Assembly: GCA_040217195.1 (NCBI GenBank)
Contig: JAVJNR010000001.1
Span: forward strand, 102,690 to 166,689
Length of the DNA: 64,000 nucleotides
Origin: Leptospiraceae bacterium
GTDB taxonomy: Bacteria > Spirochaetota > Leptospiria > Leptospirales > Leptonemataceae
Direction: 5' to 3'
Positions within the stretch are counted from its first letter, which is position 1, and every line of letters starts with the position of its first letter. Below are positions 39,488 to 50,215 of this stretch, in pieces. Both the position numbers and the translations under genes were made by a program. A model generated the notes under the pieces. It was not told the origin of the DNA. It did not search any database and was given only the letters and a program-made list of their open reading frames with translations.

Positions 39488-40021
39488 ATGGCGATTTACA
39501 AGTATAAAGAAAAGATTCCTGAACTGGGCAGCCCCTGCTTCGTTGCCGAAGATGCAAGAGTCATTGGAGATGTTCGAATTGGAAATGGATCTTCCGTATG
39601 GTGGGGAAGCACAATTCGAGGGGATGTGCACCATATTCGCATTGGTGAGAACACAAATATCCAGGATATGTGCATGATTCATGTTACAGGCGGGAAGTTC
39701 CCTACAGTGATAGGAAATCATTGCACCCTGGGACACAATGTAACCATCCATGGTGCTTTTCTGCATGATCATTCATTTGTAGGTATTGGTGCTACTGTAA
39801 TGGATGGATGCGAAATTGAACCGTTTGGTTTTCTGGCCGCTGGCTCCATGCTAACACCGGGCAAAAAAATCCCCTCAGGAATGCTCTTTATGGGTTCTCC
39901 AGCCAAACCAGTGCGTGAAATAACGGATCAAGAAAGGGAAATGATCTTGAAAACGGCGCAGAAGTATCATCAACTATCTCTTGAATACAGCGATCCTGAC
40001 ATTGTGAGCAGAATTCGCTGA
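39488..40021 (+). CDS. Gamma carbonic anhydrase family (hexapeptide repeat) protein
   Basis: IGDVRIG, IRGDV, NIQD..IH, GHNVTIHG, GSPAK. Confidence 0.93.
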   Translation: MAIYKYKEKIPELGSPCFVAEDARVIGDVRIGNGSSVWWGSTIRGDVHHIRIGENTNIQDMCMIHVTGGKFPTVIGNHCTLGHNVTIHGAFLHDHSFVGIGATVMDGCEIEPFGFLAAGSMLTPGKKIPSGMLFMGSPAKPVREITDQEREMILKTAQKYHQLSLEYSDPDIVSRIR

Positions 40022-40043
40022 AGCAGCGCTAAAAGAGTTAAAA

Positions 40044-40613
40044 ATGGCCGGAGTTTCCCAGAATAAACAGTATTTGGAAGCTCGCCGCTCATCCACTTCC
40101 TGGATTCCCAGACCACCGAATACCAGAAATACCAGGCTGCAGGCTCTGAGGTATCTGGCTCCAATATTTCTGATGCTGGCCTACTGGGCCGGAAACTCTG
40201 GAGTATCCATCTGTTTTTTCTATTCCATTACCGGACTTCCCTGTCCGGGCTGCGGCATGACTCGATCGGTGCACTTTCTAATTCATGGGGATCTAATTCA
40301 TTCGCTGAAGTATCATCCCCTGGGATTCGTCACTCTGGGGATTTGTTTACTGGTAGTGGCCACTCTGTTTTCGATCAAGGCCACCCAGATCTATGAATTT
40401 CTGGAATCGGCAGCGTTGAAGTTCGCCACACCTGCATTGATATTGATTTTGCTTTTTGCGGTGTTTCGTGGAATTGTAGTTTATTCTGCAGGCTCGGAAG
40501 CGTTTGAGTCATCTACTGAACTTTCTTCGCTTTCAGGACTTTTCGCTTCATTTGATGAGCCAGGTCTCCTGGATTTCTTATCCGGTTCACTGTTTAAAAT
40601 GGGATCCTTCTGA
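40044..40613 (+). CDS. DUF2752 membrane protein
   Basis: C.F..ITGLPCPGCGMTRS...GD..SL.YHP. Confidence 0.85.
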   Translation: MAGVSQNKQYLEARRSSTSWIPRPPNTRNTRLQALRYLAPIFLMLAYWAGNSGVSICFFYSITGLPCPGCGMTRSVHFLIHGDLIHSLKYHPLGFVTLGICLLVVATLFSIKATQIYEFLESAALKFATPALILILLFAVFRGIVVYSAGSEAFESSTELSSLSGLFASFDEPGLLDFLSGSLFKMGSF

Positions 40614-41848
40614 AGTAATCCCTCCAGATCGCATTTCGAATATTCACCGGCAGCCAGGTCCGCTCCCAGCCAGCCGAAGGCCTGCTGCGGAGCGATTACA
40701 TGGATGTCCCAGCCGCGAATGATTTTAGGGCAATCATGTACATGATTCTGGCAAAGTATCTGGGCTGCCCTGGGTTTGGGATAGGCCCAGGCGCTGGGAG
40801 GATGGATGCACCGATTCTCAATTTCTGCAAGTCTACGCATCTTTCGCGCTTCCAGTTCAAACTCCTGAAACTTTCGAATGATGGGCCGAATTAGATCATC
40901 GTGGAATACACCTTTTCCCGCATTGTAGCTAACGCGATAGACCATTTCCTCGGCAAAGTAATCGCTATCTTCTATTCGTTTCTTGGTTTCCATGATGAAA
41001 TGAGCAATACGCAGGGTTTCTGTCATGATGTCCCTGGACTGCTCATTCATGGGCTGATTGAAGGCTTCCTGTTCCTCACCAGGCGAGGCTGTAAGATTCT
41101 CCAGATGCTCGGCGGAGAAGCTGGATTCCTCTCCGTCTGGTATACTATTTCTGGGAAAGCTGGGCACCGGAAATCCTTGAGGAAACTCTGCAATGGATGC
41201 ACTTACTTCTGGAGCAACAAGTAACCTGTCTGCCATTTCCGCTGCTTTGCGAGCCCTGGATCTGACGTGCTGGATATCCGCCGTAGGCTCTTTCCAGGCA
41301 CTCTGTCCGGCCAGGGGAAGATCGGATAGAAAGCCTGCCAGAAATGCATTCTTATGGATTCCTTTTACGCGAAGGTATTTCTGCATCACGATGGCCATAT
41401 TCAATAGGCCCAGTTCACATAGATGTGTGAAGAAATCATCATCATCGCGATAGATTCTATATGCAGAAAGCGCTATGCTTTTGTTTCTAAAAGCGCTTCG
41501 CATGTAAGCATCGGGCCTGTGGTGTGGCAGGTCCAGAAGCCTGGTCAAGAAATGCCCGGGGCCTGCTTTGCTCAAATCTCCCACTTTGCGGACCAGAAAT
41601 TCAGAGATCTTTGCAATTAGTTCATCGGTCAGTGTAACATGAAAATGGGACTTGTAGGAGCCTGCCATTTCTTTGAGCTTATCGAAGAAGGATTCTTTTA
41701 CGAATACATCCTCTTTAATGAGAATATTGCCGGTGTTGTCCAGTACCGGTTCGGAAAACTTGAGAACGCCCTGCAATCGAAGCTCCAGGTAAAAGCCGTT
41801 CAATCGGCCCAGGTCTTCAAATAGGATTCCTGTATCAGTGACTTTCAT
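40481..41848 (-). CDS. Hypothetical protein, degenerate HD-domain-like with C-terminal Cys cluster
   Basis: 455 aa, AAGGA RBS; FTH..LAGFLSD; C-terminal CIHPPSAWAYPK..C..HDC..C. Confidence 0.7.
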   Translation of the reverse strand: MKVTDTGILFEDLGRLNGFYLELRLQGVLKFSEPVLDNTGNILIKEDVFVKESFFDKLKEMAGSYKSHFHVTLTDELIAKISEFLVRKVGDLSKAGPGHFLTRLLDLPHHRPDAYMRSAFRNKSIALSAYRIYRDDDDFFTHLCELGLLNMAIVMQKYLRVKGIHKNAFLAGFLSDLPLAGQSAWKEPTADIQHVRSRARKAAEMADRLLVAPEVSASIAEFPQGFPVPSFPRNSIPDGEESSFSAEHLENLTASPGEEQEAFNQPMNEQSRDIMTETLRIAHFIMETKKRIEDSDYFAEEMVYRVSYNAGKGVFHDDLIRPIIRKFQEFELEARKMRRLAEIENRCIHPPSAWAYPKPRAAQILCQNHVHDCPKIIRGWDIHVIAPQQAFGWLGADLAAGEYSKCDLEGLLQKDPILNSEPDKKSRRPGSSNEAKSPESEESSVDDSNASEPAE

Positions 41849-42121
41849 GGATGATTCCTTCTGAGCTGGCCTTACCTGGTTGAGACTTTATGAGTAGAAC
41901 GGTCATTTTTTTTGATCTATGATCATTTGGTGGCTTCTATCCAGATTCAGAAATGTTTAAGATTTCTCTAGAAGAAAAGGAAAATCCCGTAGCCAACCCA
42001 ACTTATATATCGACAGAGCCGGGTCCGAACCGAAAAATCCGGCTGTTAAACTGGCCTGACCATGCAGGGAGGGGACCGGAATTCCGTTGACGGACAGGCC
42101 AGGCGTAGCTTTTGGACCTCG

Positions 42122-42538
42122 ATGGAAAAAACACTGATTATTCTCAAACCGGATGCGGTAAAAAACAAACACATTGGACATATTGTAACCCGAATCGAGG
42201 AAGAAGGATTCAAAATCCTGGGTATGAAACTACTTCAGCTCAGTAAATCTGACGCACAAAAATTCTACGAGGTACATAAAGAAAGACCTTTTTATGATGA
42301 TCTGTGCAATTATATGATCTCCGGACCTGTTGTAGTGGCTGCCCTTCAGGCAGGTGATGCTGTACAGAAATGGCGCGATTTAATTGGAGCTACAGATCCA
42401 AAAGAAGCGGCCGCCAACACCATACGAGCTCTCTATGCAGAAAGCAAAGAAGCCAATGCTGTACATGGTTCCGATTCCCCGGAAAATGCAGAGAAGGAAA
42501 TATCCTTCTTCTTCAAGGACGGGGAGCTGATTGGATAG
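42122..42538 (+). CDS. ndk: Nucleoside diphosphate kinase
   Basis: [32 protein letters not shown]. Confidence 0.97.
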   Translation: MEKTLIILKPDAVKNKHIGHIVTRIEEEGFKILGMKLLQLSKSDAQKFYEVHKERPFYDDLCNYMISGPVVVAALQAGDAVQKWRDLIGATDPKEAAANTIRALYAESKEANAVHGSDSPENAEKEISFFFKDGELIG

Positions 42539-43490
42539 TTCTTTCCTCGAGCCCTACATACGGGCCATCGATGCGTATTTCGAAGGGCCACTTAAGAGGC
42601 TGATTCAGTCTCTGGGCCCTCCGGAACTCTCCGAACCCGTGCTCTATAGCCTTCTATCCGGAGGCAAGCGCATTCGACCTGTACTCTGCCTCATTTCTGC
42701 CGGATATCTTCCTCCCGAAAATTTTGATCCGTTTCAGTTAAATGCACAGGAGAAGCGACTGTTTTCTCATGCAGCAGCCCTGGAATGCATTCATTGTTAC
42801 TCTCTGATTCATGACGATTTGCCCAGTATGGATGACGATGATCTTCGTCGCGGTAAGCCGTCCAGCCACCGGAAATTCAATGAATGGGCCGCCATACTGG
42901 CAGGCGATGCTCTGAACACTCTTGCGTTTTATCTTACCAATCAGGAACGAGATAGCGTTAGCAGTCTCAACAGTCAGATACTTAGCCGATGTGCATTGCG
43001 CATGGTGTCTGGCCAGTATCTGGATCTAAGTGCTGAGAAGGGAAGCTTCATTGAAAGCCGGGCCCCATTCTTTCATCCTCATACAGACGATGAAAAAATG
43101 CAGCTTCTAGAAACCATCCATCTGGAGAAAACGGCAGCCATGGTGGAAGCGGCTCTTTCTATGGGAGCAGTGCTCCAGGGACTGCCCAATCATCGAAGCT
43201 ACTCAGAATTCGGGCGAAACCTGGGACTTCTATTTCAGATGGTGGACGATCTTCTGGATGAAACTCAGGACTCGGCAACCCTGGGAAAAACAGCAGGCAA
43301 GGATAGACAGAGCGGAAAGCTGACTCTGGTATCTCTTCTGGGCCTGGAAGAAGCGAAAAGCAGAATTGATCTGGAAAAACAGAGACTGGAAGAACGTCTG
43401 AATCATTTGCCTGTGGCCAATGGATTGGTGCAAAACCCCATTCCTGTTCTGAAGTCGATCATCGAATATCTGGTCGACAGGGAAAGATAA
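42531..43490 (+). CDS. ispA: Polyprenyl (farnesyl) diphosphate synthase
   Basis: [43 protein letters not shown]. Confidence 0.9.
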   Translation: MDSSFLEPYIRAIDAYFEGPLKRLIQSLGPPELSEPVLYSLLSGGKRIRPVLCLISAGYLPPENFDPFQLNAQEKRLFSHAAALECIHCYSLIHDDLPSMDDDDLRRGKPSSHRKFNEWAAILAGDALNTLAFYLTNQERDSVSSLNSQILSRCALRMVSGQYLDLSAEKGSFIESRAPFFHPHTDDEKMQLLETIHLEKTAAMVEAALSMGAVLQGLPNHRSYSEFGRNLGLLFQMVDDLLDETQDSATLGKTAGKDRQSGKLTLVSLLGLEEAKSRIDLEKQRLEERLNHLPVANGLVQNPIPVLKSIIEYLVDRER

Positions 43491-44284
43491 TGGCCAATGC
43501 CATCCGCCTGGATGAATGGCTCAGTCAGCAATTTGACCTGGAACTGAGCATAGCACGTAGCTACATCCTTCAGGGAATGGTGTCCATTAATGGACGCAAG
43601 GTTCATCAGGCCGGTATCTCGTTTCGCCCAACCAGAGATGAGCTGGAGTTCAGACGACCTCCGGATTTTCGCAATCGAGGCACTTTGAAGATTCGTCCAG
43701 CTGTTCAATTCTTGAAAGAACAGGGCCTGGAATTGCAGAAGTCTGTATGTCTGGATATTGGAGCCTCTCATGGTGGATTCACGGCAGCCCTCCTGGAACA
43801 GGGAGTTCGCAAGGTATATGCAATAGATGTAGCTTACGGAATTTTCGATTATGAGCTGCGTCAAAAAACAGAGGTAGTCCTTCTAGAAAGAAAGAACATC
43901 CGTAACATTGAATCATCCTGGTTTGATCAGTCCTTCTTTGATTCTGATTCCTACTTTGTAGTTTGCGATGTATCGTTTCTTTCCATTCGAGATGTGCTCA
44001 CTCATTTGCTTGGTTTCTTTAAAGAGCACCGAAAAGCTTTCCAGGGATTGTTTCTTTTAAAACATCAATTTGAAGCTTCCGAAAAAACCGAGTCAGGAAT
44101 TATTCGAGATGATATTTTGAGAAAGGACATCGAGAAGGAATTTGAGAGCTTTGTGCAAACTCTTGGTCTTCAGGTTCTGCACAGAGTGCCTGCAGGAGTT
44201 AGCGGTCGAAAAGGAAACCGGGAAACCTTTTACTGGCTGGCTTATAATGGATTCCGGGATAGCACAGCTTCCAACCCTTCATAA
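43490..44284 (+). CDS. tlyA: TlyA-family rRNA methyltransferase
   Basis: S4-like RLDEWL; LDIGASHGGFT; DVSFLS; KHQFE; G.KGNRE. Confidence 0.9.
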   Translation: MANAIRLDEWLSQQFDLELSIARSYILQGMVSINGRKVHQAGISFRPTRDELEFRRPPDFRNRGTLKIRPAVQFLKEQGLELQKSVCLDIGASHGGFTAALLEQGVRKVYAIDVAYGIFDYELRQKTEVVLLERKNIRNIESSWFDQSFFDSDSYFVVCDVSFLSIRDVLTHLLGFFKEHRKAFQGLFLLKHQFEASEKTESGIIRDDILRKDIEKEFESFVQTLGLQVLHRVPAGVSGRKGNRETFYWLAYNGFRDSTASNPS

Positions 44285-47200
44285 ATAGCCAGAGCTTTTT
44301 GAGTGTCATCGCCATCTGTAAGAGCTCGCAATCGACTCAGTCTGTCCAGGGGAAGCCGACCCATTAGCATGTCCCTTACCACTCTATCTCTTTTTTCGCG
44401 AATCCTTCTGTAGAAACGCATCTCAGCTCGATAGGGACTTACAGGAAGTCCAAGGTATCTATCCACTGTCTGCATCGCATCTGACTGGGTAATAGAAACA
44501 TATTGTTGCAGTAATTCCTTTTCCGGTAGTTGATTCTCCATCTGAAGAAAGAGCCAGAAAGCTCGATCCATACATTCCGCTCCTGTCTTTTTCTCACCGG
44601 CAGATTCGGTACAGTGCGCTTCCAGATACTCCAGAATCCTGGCGAATCTAGCTCTCTGCTCGGGTTTGCTTTGGAGTATTTCCTGGGCTCCTGTACTATT
44701 CATTAGAAGCATGGATGTCATGGATTCCACCTGTTCTTCGATGGAGAGCAGATGCTGCAATTCTGCAGCCGCATTTACATGATTTTCTTCGCGAAGCTCC
44801 GAGGCGCGAATAAAAGCTTCTACAGCCAGTCGGTTGAGTGCGATCTGGGCTGCTCCAGCTCCAGTTTTTTGAATTGTACTCCAGAAAAAAGTGATTCCTC
44901 CAAAATTCATGCAATGATTCAAGACCTGGGTAACAATGATCTCCTTTCGCAGTGGATGTTGCTTTACCTCTTCGGGGAAGGCTTCCACCAGTTCTTCCGG
45001 AAAGTAGTTCAATAGATATTTTTCCAGTTCCGGTTGAGTAAATCCTCCGGAAGCCAGGATCTCATTTTTTAACTCCAGTCGGGCATGCCCCAGCATAGAG
45101 CAGAGTACAGGACGTACAAAAAGTCGTGCTGGATGATCGCTAACATGTAGTTCATCCGCAGACAATCCATCCAGGGTATGGCCGCAGGATTCCAGCCATC
45201 GCATGGCAGCCAGAAAGCTATCCGGACTCTGCTGCAATCTACGTTGATCCAGAGAAAGACTCAGATTGCCGGCCCGATTGTTTTCGAGTACCAGATCAAT
45301 CATTCTTTCTTCCAGCTTTTCAATCCATTGATTCCGCTGGGCGAAGTCGCCTAAATTGCCTGTTTTGAGTAATCTTTCCAGAAGTATCTTCAGGTTCACT
45401 TCATGGTCCGACATATCGACTCCGCCGGAGTTATCAACCGCATCGGTGTTTAGTCGGGTGCCGGTAAAGGCTGCCTGAATACGACCTCCCTGAGTCATTC
45501 CCAGATTACCTCCTTCTCCGATGACCCGGGCTCGTATATCGCCTCCATTGATTCTTACTCTATCATTGGCCGGGTCCATGGCATCGGAATGGCTTTCCTC
45601 CGAGGATTTTACGTAAGTTCCAATCCCTCCATTCCATAGCAGATCCACCGGGGCTCGAAGAATGGCACGAATCAGTTCCTCACCGGAATGCTCAGCATCG
45701 GAAATTCCCAGACGTTCCTGCACTTCCTGGCTAACAGATATGCGTGCACTGCTTCGGTCGAATACTCCGCCGCCTCTGGAAATCAAAGATGTGTTGTAGG
45801 AATCCCATCCCAGCACCTGATCAAACAGTCTCTTTCGCTCCTTCCAGGCTTCAGATGATGGATTCGGGTCCAGAAATATATGTTTATGATTGAATGCGGC
45901 CACCAGATGCATACTCTTTGACAATAGCATTCCGTTGCCGAATACATCGCCTGCCATATCTCCAATGCCCACAGCTGTGATCGGATCATTTTCCGGATTC
46001 TGACCCATTTCATGAAAATGGCGACGAACCGATTCCCAGGCACCCCGTGCCGTGATACCCTGTTTCTTATGATCATAGCCATGCTTTCCGCCGGAGGCGA
46101 ATGCATCTCCCAGCCAGAAGCCTGCCTTTAGAGAAACCTCATTTGCATGGTCGCTAAATCGAGCGGTTCCTTTGTCCGCCGCTACCACCAGATACGGATC
46201 TGGATGATCCATGCAAACTAGAGCTGGTCGTTTGATCTTTCCGGTGGAAGTACGATTGTCTGTGAGAGCCAGCATGGCAGACATGAATCGTTTGTAGCAT
46301 TCCAGGCCAAAAGCAGGGTCTGTGGATCGATCTCCCTTCAAACAGAAGCCTCCTTTGCTACCACTTGGAACGATAATGGTGTTTTTAACCATCTGTGCTT
46401 TCATCAATCCATGGATTTCGGTCCGGAAGTCGTCCGGTCGATCCGACCATCGAATACCTCCTCGGGCTATGGCCGCTCCCCTGAGATGAACGGCTTCGAA
46501 ATCAGAGCAGTAAACAAAGATCTCAAAAAGAGGGACCGGGGAACTGAGGCCCTTTATTTCCTGGCTTCGCAGCTTGATGCTAATTTCAGAAAGAAATTCA
46601 AAGTAGTTTGTTCTAACGATGGCACCGGCGATTTCCATCAGTCTCTTACATAGCAAAGATTCCATGACAGAAGAAATTTGATCCAGAAGACTCTGCAACT
46701 GAGCAAAGACTTCCTTTTCTTTTTCCGGTTCGCGCACCCCTGGCGCAAAACGATATTCCAGCCAGAGTACAAGAGATTGAATGAATTCCCTTTGAGCAAG
46801 GCTGGCCCGTGCTATGAAGGCACGGGAAAAATTTCGATCAATTTGAAACAGGTAAGCATGCAATGATTTTACCAGAGCCAGTTGATGTCGATCCAGACCA
46901 TACACGGAAAGGCGATTGATGGGTTCATCGGTGGAGGTTTTTAGAATTACAGATTCCAGCACCCGGGCAAGAGCTGTGTCGTATCGACTATCCAGTTCAT
47001 CATCTTGAATTCGATAGGCATAGATATAGCGCGTACCGTCCGGAAAACTGGCCGGGAAGGTAAATTCATCTGTGACCCGGAAACCAAAGTTGGCCAGTAC
47101 GGGCACCAGATCGCCAATGGCCCTTTCATGCAGACTGTAGATCTTGATGAATACATCTTCTGCCTTGCGAAAAAATGCGGACTTAAGTTCTCTTTGATGA

Positions 47201-48678
47201 CTCAACTCTTCCAGCCGAATTAGGTCCTGCAATGCTTCTTCCGGGTCCTGGTGAACTTCGGAGGCCGGGCTCAATGCATTTCTGTAAACGGTGAGTTTCT
47301 CTTCGATCAATCGTTCTCCAATGAAATGATTGGTCAGAGCCTTGCGAAAGCGATTTTGCCAGCTGGCAAATAAATGACTGACAGAAACGGAAAGCTCACT
47401 TTGAAGCTGTTCTAATGTGCCTGGAGATTCCGGCGAAACCGCCAGAAACATGATTTCATGTTCATTCATTCTCCTTCGAATCAGAATTTCCTGTTTGAAT
47501 TTGAGTCGATGGGAGATCCTCTGAATGTGTTCCGGAGAAAAGGCACTGGCCTCGGAGCCGGAAACAATTCCAAGAATCCATACCATATCGTATTCCTGAT
47601 CAATGTTAACTGCGAAATCAGGCTCAGAAACATACAGATTATCCAGTATCTGAGTCAGCCAAACCTCGATCAGGTTCTGAGGACGACTTAGAAAAATCCC
47701 CACCGGAATCATTTGTGCGATCTGGAAGAGTAGCTTTCTACGATGTGAGTTAGGCGGTGCATAGATTCTCTCTGCCAGGATTTCAACTTTACGTCTGGCC
47801 GGCGGATTCAGAAACCTGGGCGTTAGTTCTCCCCTGCCTGCGAAGTGACCGGCCAGCAGATAAAGTGGCCTGGAAGGAATCAGGATTAAATGCAGCGCTC
47901 GGTGACGGTTCACCCGGCTCATAATCTGACTTTCGTGAAAAAGCATATGAGAGTCTTCCAGGGAGCTGGATTCTGTATGATTGAGCTCCCCGGCATCGAT
48001 TCGGCGGGCAGAAAATAAACGTTGTAGATCGTTCAGAGCTTGCTTTCGAATGGAGCTTTCTCTGAGTAATCCGGTGGGCTTTTGCAATTTGTCTGCAGAG
48101 AATGAGGCGGAGCCCAGGGTTACAAAGTTTTCCGAAATCCATTCCCGGTCCTCCACCAGTTCTTCGTTGGGCAGGCTCAGAGCCGTAAGCTGTTTCAATG
48201 CCACCGGAAAATCCTGGACTACCTGCCTTAACTCCTGCAGATTTCTGCGCAGGTCCTTTTCAATGATCTTCTTCTCTTTGTCCGAAAGCTTCTGAATCTC
48301 AACGTAAACAAAGGCTTCGGTGTTGCTGCGACCGGTTGTGGGCTCCACCGACTGGATACTACGACCATTTCGCTCCACAGAAAGAAGTGCCGGTATACTC
48401 AGATGAATACTATGAGATTCGGAATTGAGATAATCCAGGATGGTATCCGTAATAAACGGTGAATCTGGCATGCAAACTTCGATGGTGCTGGAATTGATAA
48501 GCCAGGGAAATTCATCCCATTCCCGAATACGAATTTCGATTTCACTGGATTTGCCTTCCAGGAATTCGTAGCGAGAGGAAATAAATCGATTCAAATCCGC
48601 TTGAGTAAGGAATTGCTGCAATGCAGCGGGCATCAGTTTTTTATAGGTGCTTTCGAAGGTGGAGAAAGGTCCTGCCAT
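44242..48678 (-). CDS. Large NAD-specific glutamate dehydrogenase (start uncertain)
   Basis: HLRG..IARGGIRWSDR, KAQMVKN..IVP.GSKGGF, YLVVAADKGTA, GDAFASGG, GIGDMAGDVFGNG, DNSGGV..SDHEVNLK. Confidence 0.93.
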   Translation of the reverse strand: MAGPFSTFESTYKKLMPAALQQFLTQADLNRFISSRYEFLEGKSSEIEIRIREWDEFPWLINSSTIEVCMPDSPFITDTILDYLNSESHSIHLSIPALLSVERNGRSIQSVEPTTGRSNTEAFVYVEIQKLSDKEKKIIEKDLRRNLQELRQVVQDFPVALKQLTALSLPNEELVEDREWISENFVTLGSASFSADKLQKPTGLLRESSIRKQALNDLQRLFSARRIDAGELNHTESSSLEDSHMLFHESQIMSRVNRHRALHLILIPSRPLYLLAGHFAGRGELTPRFLNPPARRKVEILAERIYAPPNSHRRKLLFQIAQMIPVGIFLSRPQNLIEVWLTQILDNLYVSEPDFAVNIDQEYDMVWILGIVSGSEASAFSPEHIQRISHRLKFKQEILIRRRMNEHEIMFLAVSPESPGTLEQLQSELSVSVSHLFASWQNRFRKALTNHFIGERLIEEKLTVYRNALSPASEVHQDPEEALQDLIRLEELSHQRELKSAFFRKAEDVFIKIYSLHERAIGDLVPVLANFGFRVTDEFTFPASFPDGTRYIYAYRIQDDELDSRYDTALARVLESVILKTSTDEPINRLSVYGLDRHQLALVKSLHAYLFQIDRNFSRAFIARASLAQREFIQSLVLWLEYRFAPGVREPEKEKEVFAQLQSLLDQISSVMESLLCKRLMEIAGAIVRTNYFEFLSEISIKLRSQEIKGLSSPVPLFEIFVYCSDFEAVHLRGAAIARGGIRWSDRPDDFRTEIHGLMKAQMVKNTIIVPSGSKGGFCLKGDRSTDPAFGLECYKRFMSAMLALTDNRTSTGKIKRPALVCMDHPDPYLVVAADKGTARFSDHANEVSLKAGFWLGDAFASGGKHGYDHKKQGITARGAWESVRRHFHEMGQNPENDPITAVGIGDMAGDVFGNGMLLSKSMHLVAAFNHKHIFLDPNPSSEAWKERKRLFDQVLGWDSYNTSLISRGGGVFDRSSARISVSQEVQERLGISDAEHSGEELIRAILRAPVDLLWNGGIGTYVKSSEESHSDAMDPANDRVRINGGDIRARVIGEGGNLGMTQGGRIQAAFTGTRLNTDAVDNSGGVDMSDHEVNLKILLERLLKTGNLGDFAQRNQWIEKLEERMIDLVLENNRAGNLSLSLDQRRLQQSPDSFLAAMRWLESCGHTLDGLSADELHVSDHPARLFVRPVLCSMLGHARLELKNEILASGGFTQPELEKYLLNYFPEELVEAFPEEVKQHPLRKEIIVTQVLNHCMNFGGITFFWSTIQKTGAGAAQIALNRLAVEAFIRASELREENHVNAAAELQHLLSIEEQVESMTSMLLMNSTGAQEILQSKPEQRARFARILEYLEAHCTESAGEKKTGAECMDRAFWLFLQMENQLPEKELLQQYVSITQSDAMQTVDRYLGLPVSPYRAEMRFYRRIREKRDRVVRDMLMGRLPLDRLSRLRALTDGDDTQKALAIYEGLEAVLSRNPL

Positions 48679-48845
48679 ATCGGGAATGTGCAGGACCGGT
48701 CTGAGAGGGCAACCATTGCATACATTTTTGAAGGCCTCTTCCGGGCCCAGGAGCCCATTAATTGGTTGCACAATACACAGGAATTGTCTTTCTGCCTGCA
48801 GGACCCGCAACCCGGTCTTGGGAGTCGGAGTACTGAATGGAGAAA

Positions 48846-49196
48846 ATGCCACCATCCTGCGAAGTAATACCCTCCTATGATTACGAATGCCCGGTGCTTC
48901 ATATCAAAGGTGAATTCACCCAGGATATGGAAAAAGATCTGGAGCAGCACTATCTAAGTATACCGGCAGGCAAGAGAGGAAAGGTAGTTCTGGACTTTTC
49001 TGAAACTCAGTATATCAATTCCTCCGGCATTGCCATTCTAATTGCACTGATCACCCGGGCCACAGATGAAGCTTCCAGTCTGGAGTTTGCCGGCCTTTCC
49101 GCCCATTTCAAGAAGGTCATGGAAATTGTAGGGCTGGATGATTTTGTCACCATGCATGATACCCTGGCGGAAGCCGTGTCCTCCTCGGATTCCTGA
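48846..49196 (+). CDS. STAS-domain anti-sigma-factor antagonist
   Basis: VVLDFS..YINSSGIAIL; GGAGA RBS before ATG at 48846. Confidence 0.88.
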   Translation: MPPSCEVIPSYDYECPVLHIKGEFTQDMEKDLEQHYLSIPAGKRGKVVLDFSETQYINSSGIAILIALITRATDEASSLEFAGLSAHFKKVMEIVGLDDFVTMHDTLAEAVSSSDS

Positions 49197-49252
49197 GTAT
49201 TAGTTCAATCTGATTTCAGGATTTTCTGTAATCTCCCGAACTAAGAAAGGAG

Positions 49253-50215
49253 ATGGAAGAGTCCCAGACAATGAGCGGCGCTGTTCGATTCCAGATGATG
49301 GTGTCGGTAATCACCCGGTCCAGATTGCGCCGTGGGCTGCGTTTCATCTGTCTTTCATTGCTATTGATCTGCACTGCCGCACAGGCAACGCCTATTTCTC
49401 GCCATCTTCCGGATCCCTATTATCCACAGCAGCCGGAAGGGGAGCTAAGGCTAAACTACTACTACGATCGCACGGGCCGCTGGGTAAAATTCTCGGACTG
49501 GATTCCATTTCAACAGAAGAAATATAGCCCCAGATTCTTTGAAGACTATTATGAAATCTACGGCCTGCCTCAGGGCTACCGGGTAACTCAGCTAAAAGAA
49601 AACATCTACTTTCTATTTCTTGCTCAAAGTGCTCCTTTCCGTCACCCCAGAAACTCGCTTTGCAAGATCGAAACGGAAGAGCAATTTCATAAGTACCGAA
49701 ATCTGATGTTCATGCAGGCGCATTTAATGATTATGCGAATGTATCTGCGGCTTGGATCTCTATTCGATAAACGTCATCTATACTTTCATGACCTGGACTT
49801 TGCTGATGATCTGGAGATTTCATTTTTGATTGCCAGAACCTACTATGCAGAAGCGGAGAAATACTGGGCCTCTGCGAAGCGTTACGCAGAAGAAGCCAAC
49901 AAACATCGGTTCGAAATCGATTTGCCGGGTATTGAAAGTACGAGGTTCGAAATAGTAACCGGTGAACTGGATTTTCAAAGAATCATACATCGGCATAAGA
50001 AACGAGTGAATGCAAAATTGGAAGTCGTTAGTGATTTTCTGGACGAAGAAGGCCGACCCAGACCAGTTAAGCTTCGCATGCTCAACGATATCCAACAAAT
50101 GTACGATGAAGATTTCACTTCCGATCCTCTGAAAATGCCCCGTCTAAACGAAGAGTGGAATGAAAAGCCTCTTTTCCCCAACTGGCCCGAACCGGAGGAG
50201 GGAGGGGCTCCGTGA
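49253..50215 (+). CDS. Hypothetical exported protein
   Basis: 320 aa ORF, signal-peptide-like segment ending AAQA, aromatic-rich; overlaps next gene by 4 nt. Confidence 0.7.
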   Translation: MEESQTMSGAVRFQMMVSVITRSRLRRGLRFICLSLLLICTAAQATPISRHLPDPYYPQQPEGELRLNYYYDRTGRWVKFSDWIPFQQKKYSPRFFEDYYEIYGLPQGYRVTQLKENIYFLFLAQSAPFRHPRNSLCKIETEEQFHKYRNLMFMQAHLMIMRMYLRLGSLFDKRHLYFHDLDFADDLEISFLIARTYYAEAEKYWASAKRYAEEANKHRFEIDLPGIESTRFEIVTGELDFQRIIHRHKKRVNAKLEVVSDFLDEEGRPRPVKLRMLNDIQQMYDEDFTSDPLKMPRLNEEWNEKPLFPNWPEPEEGGAP

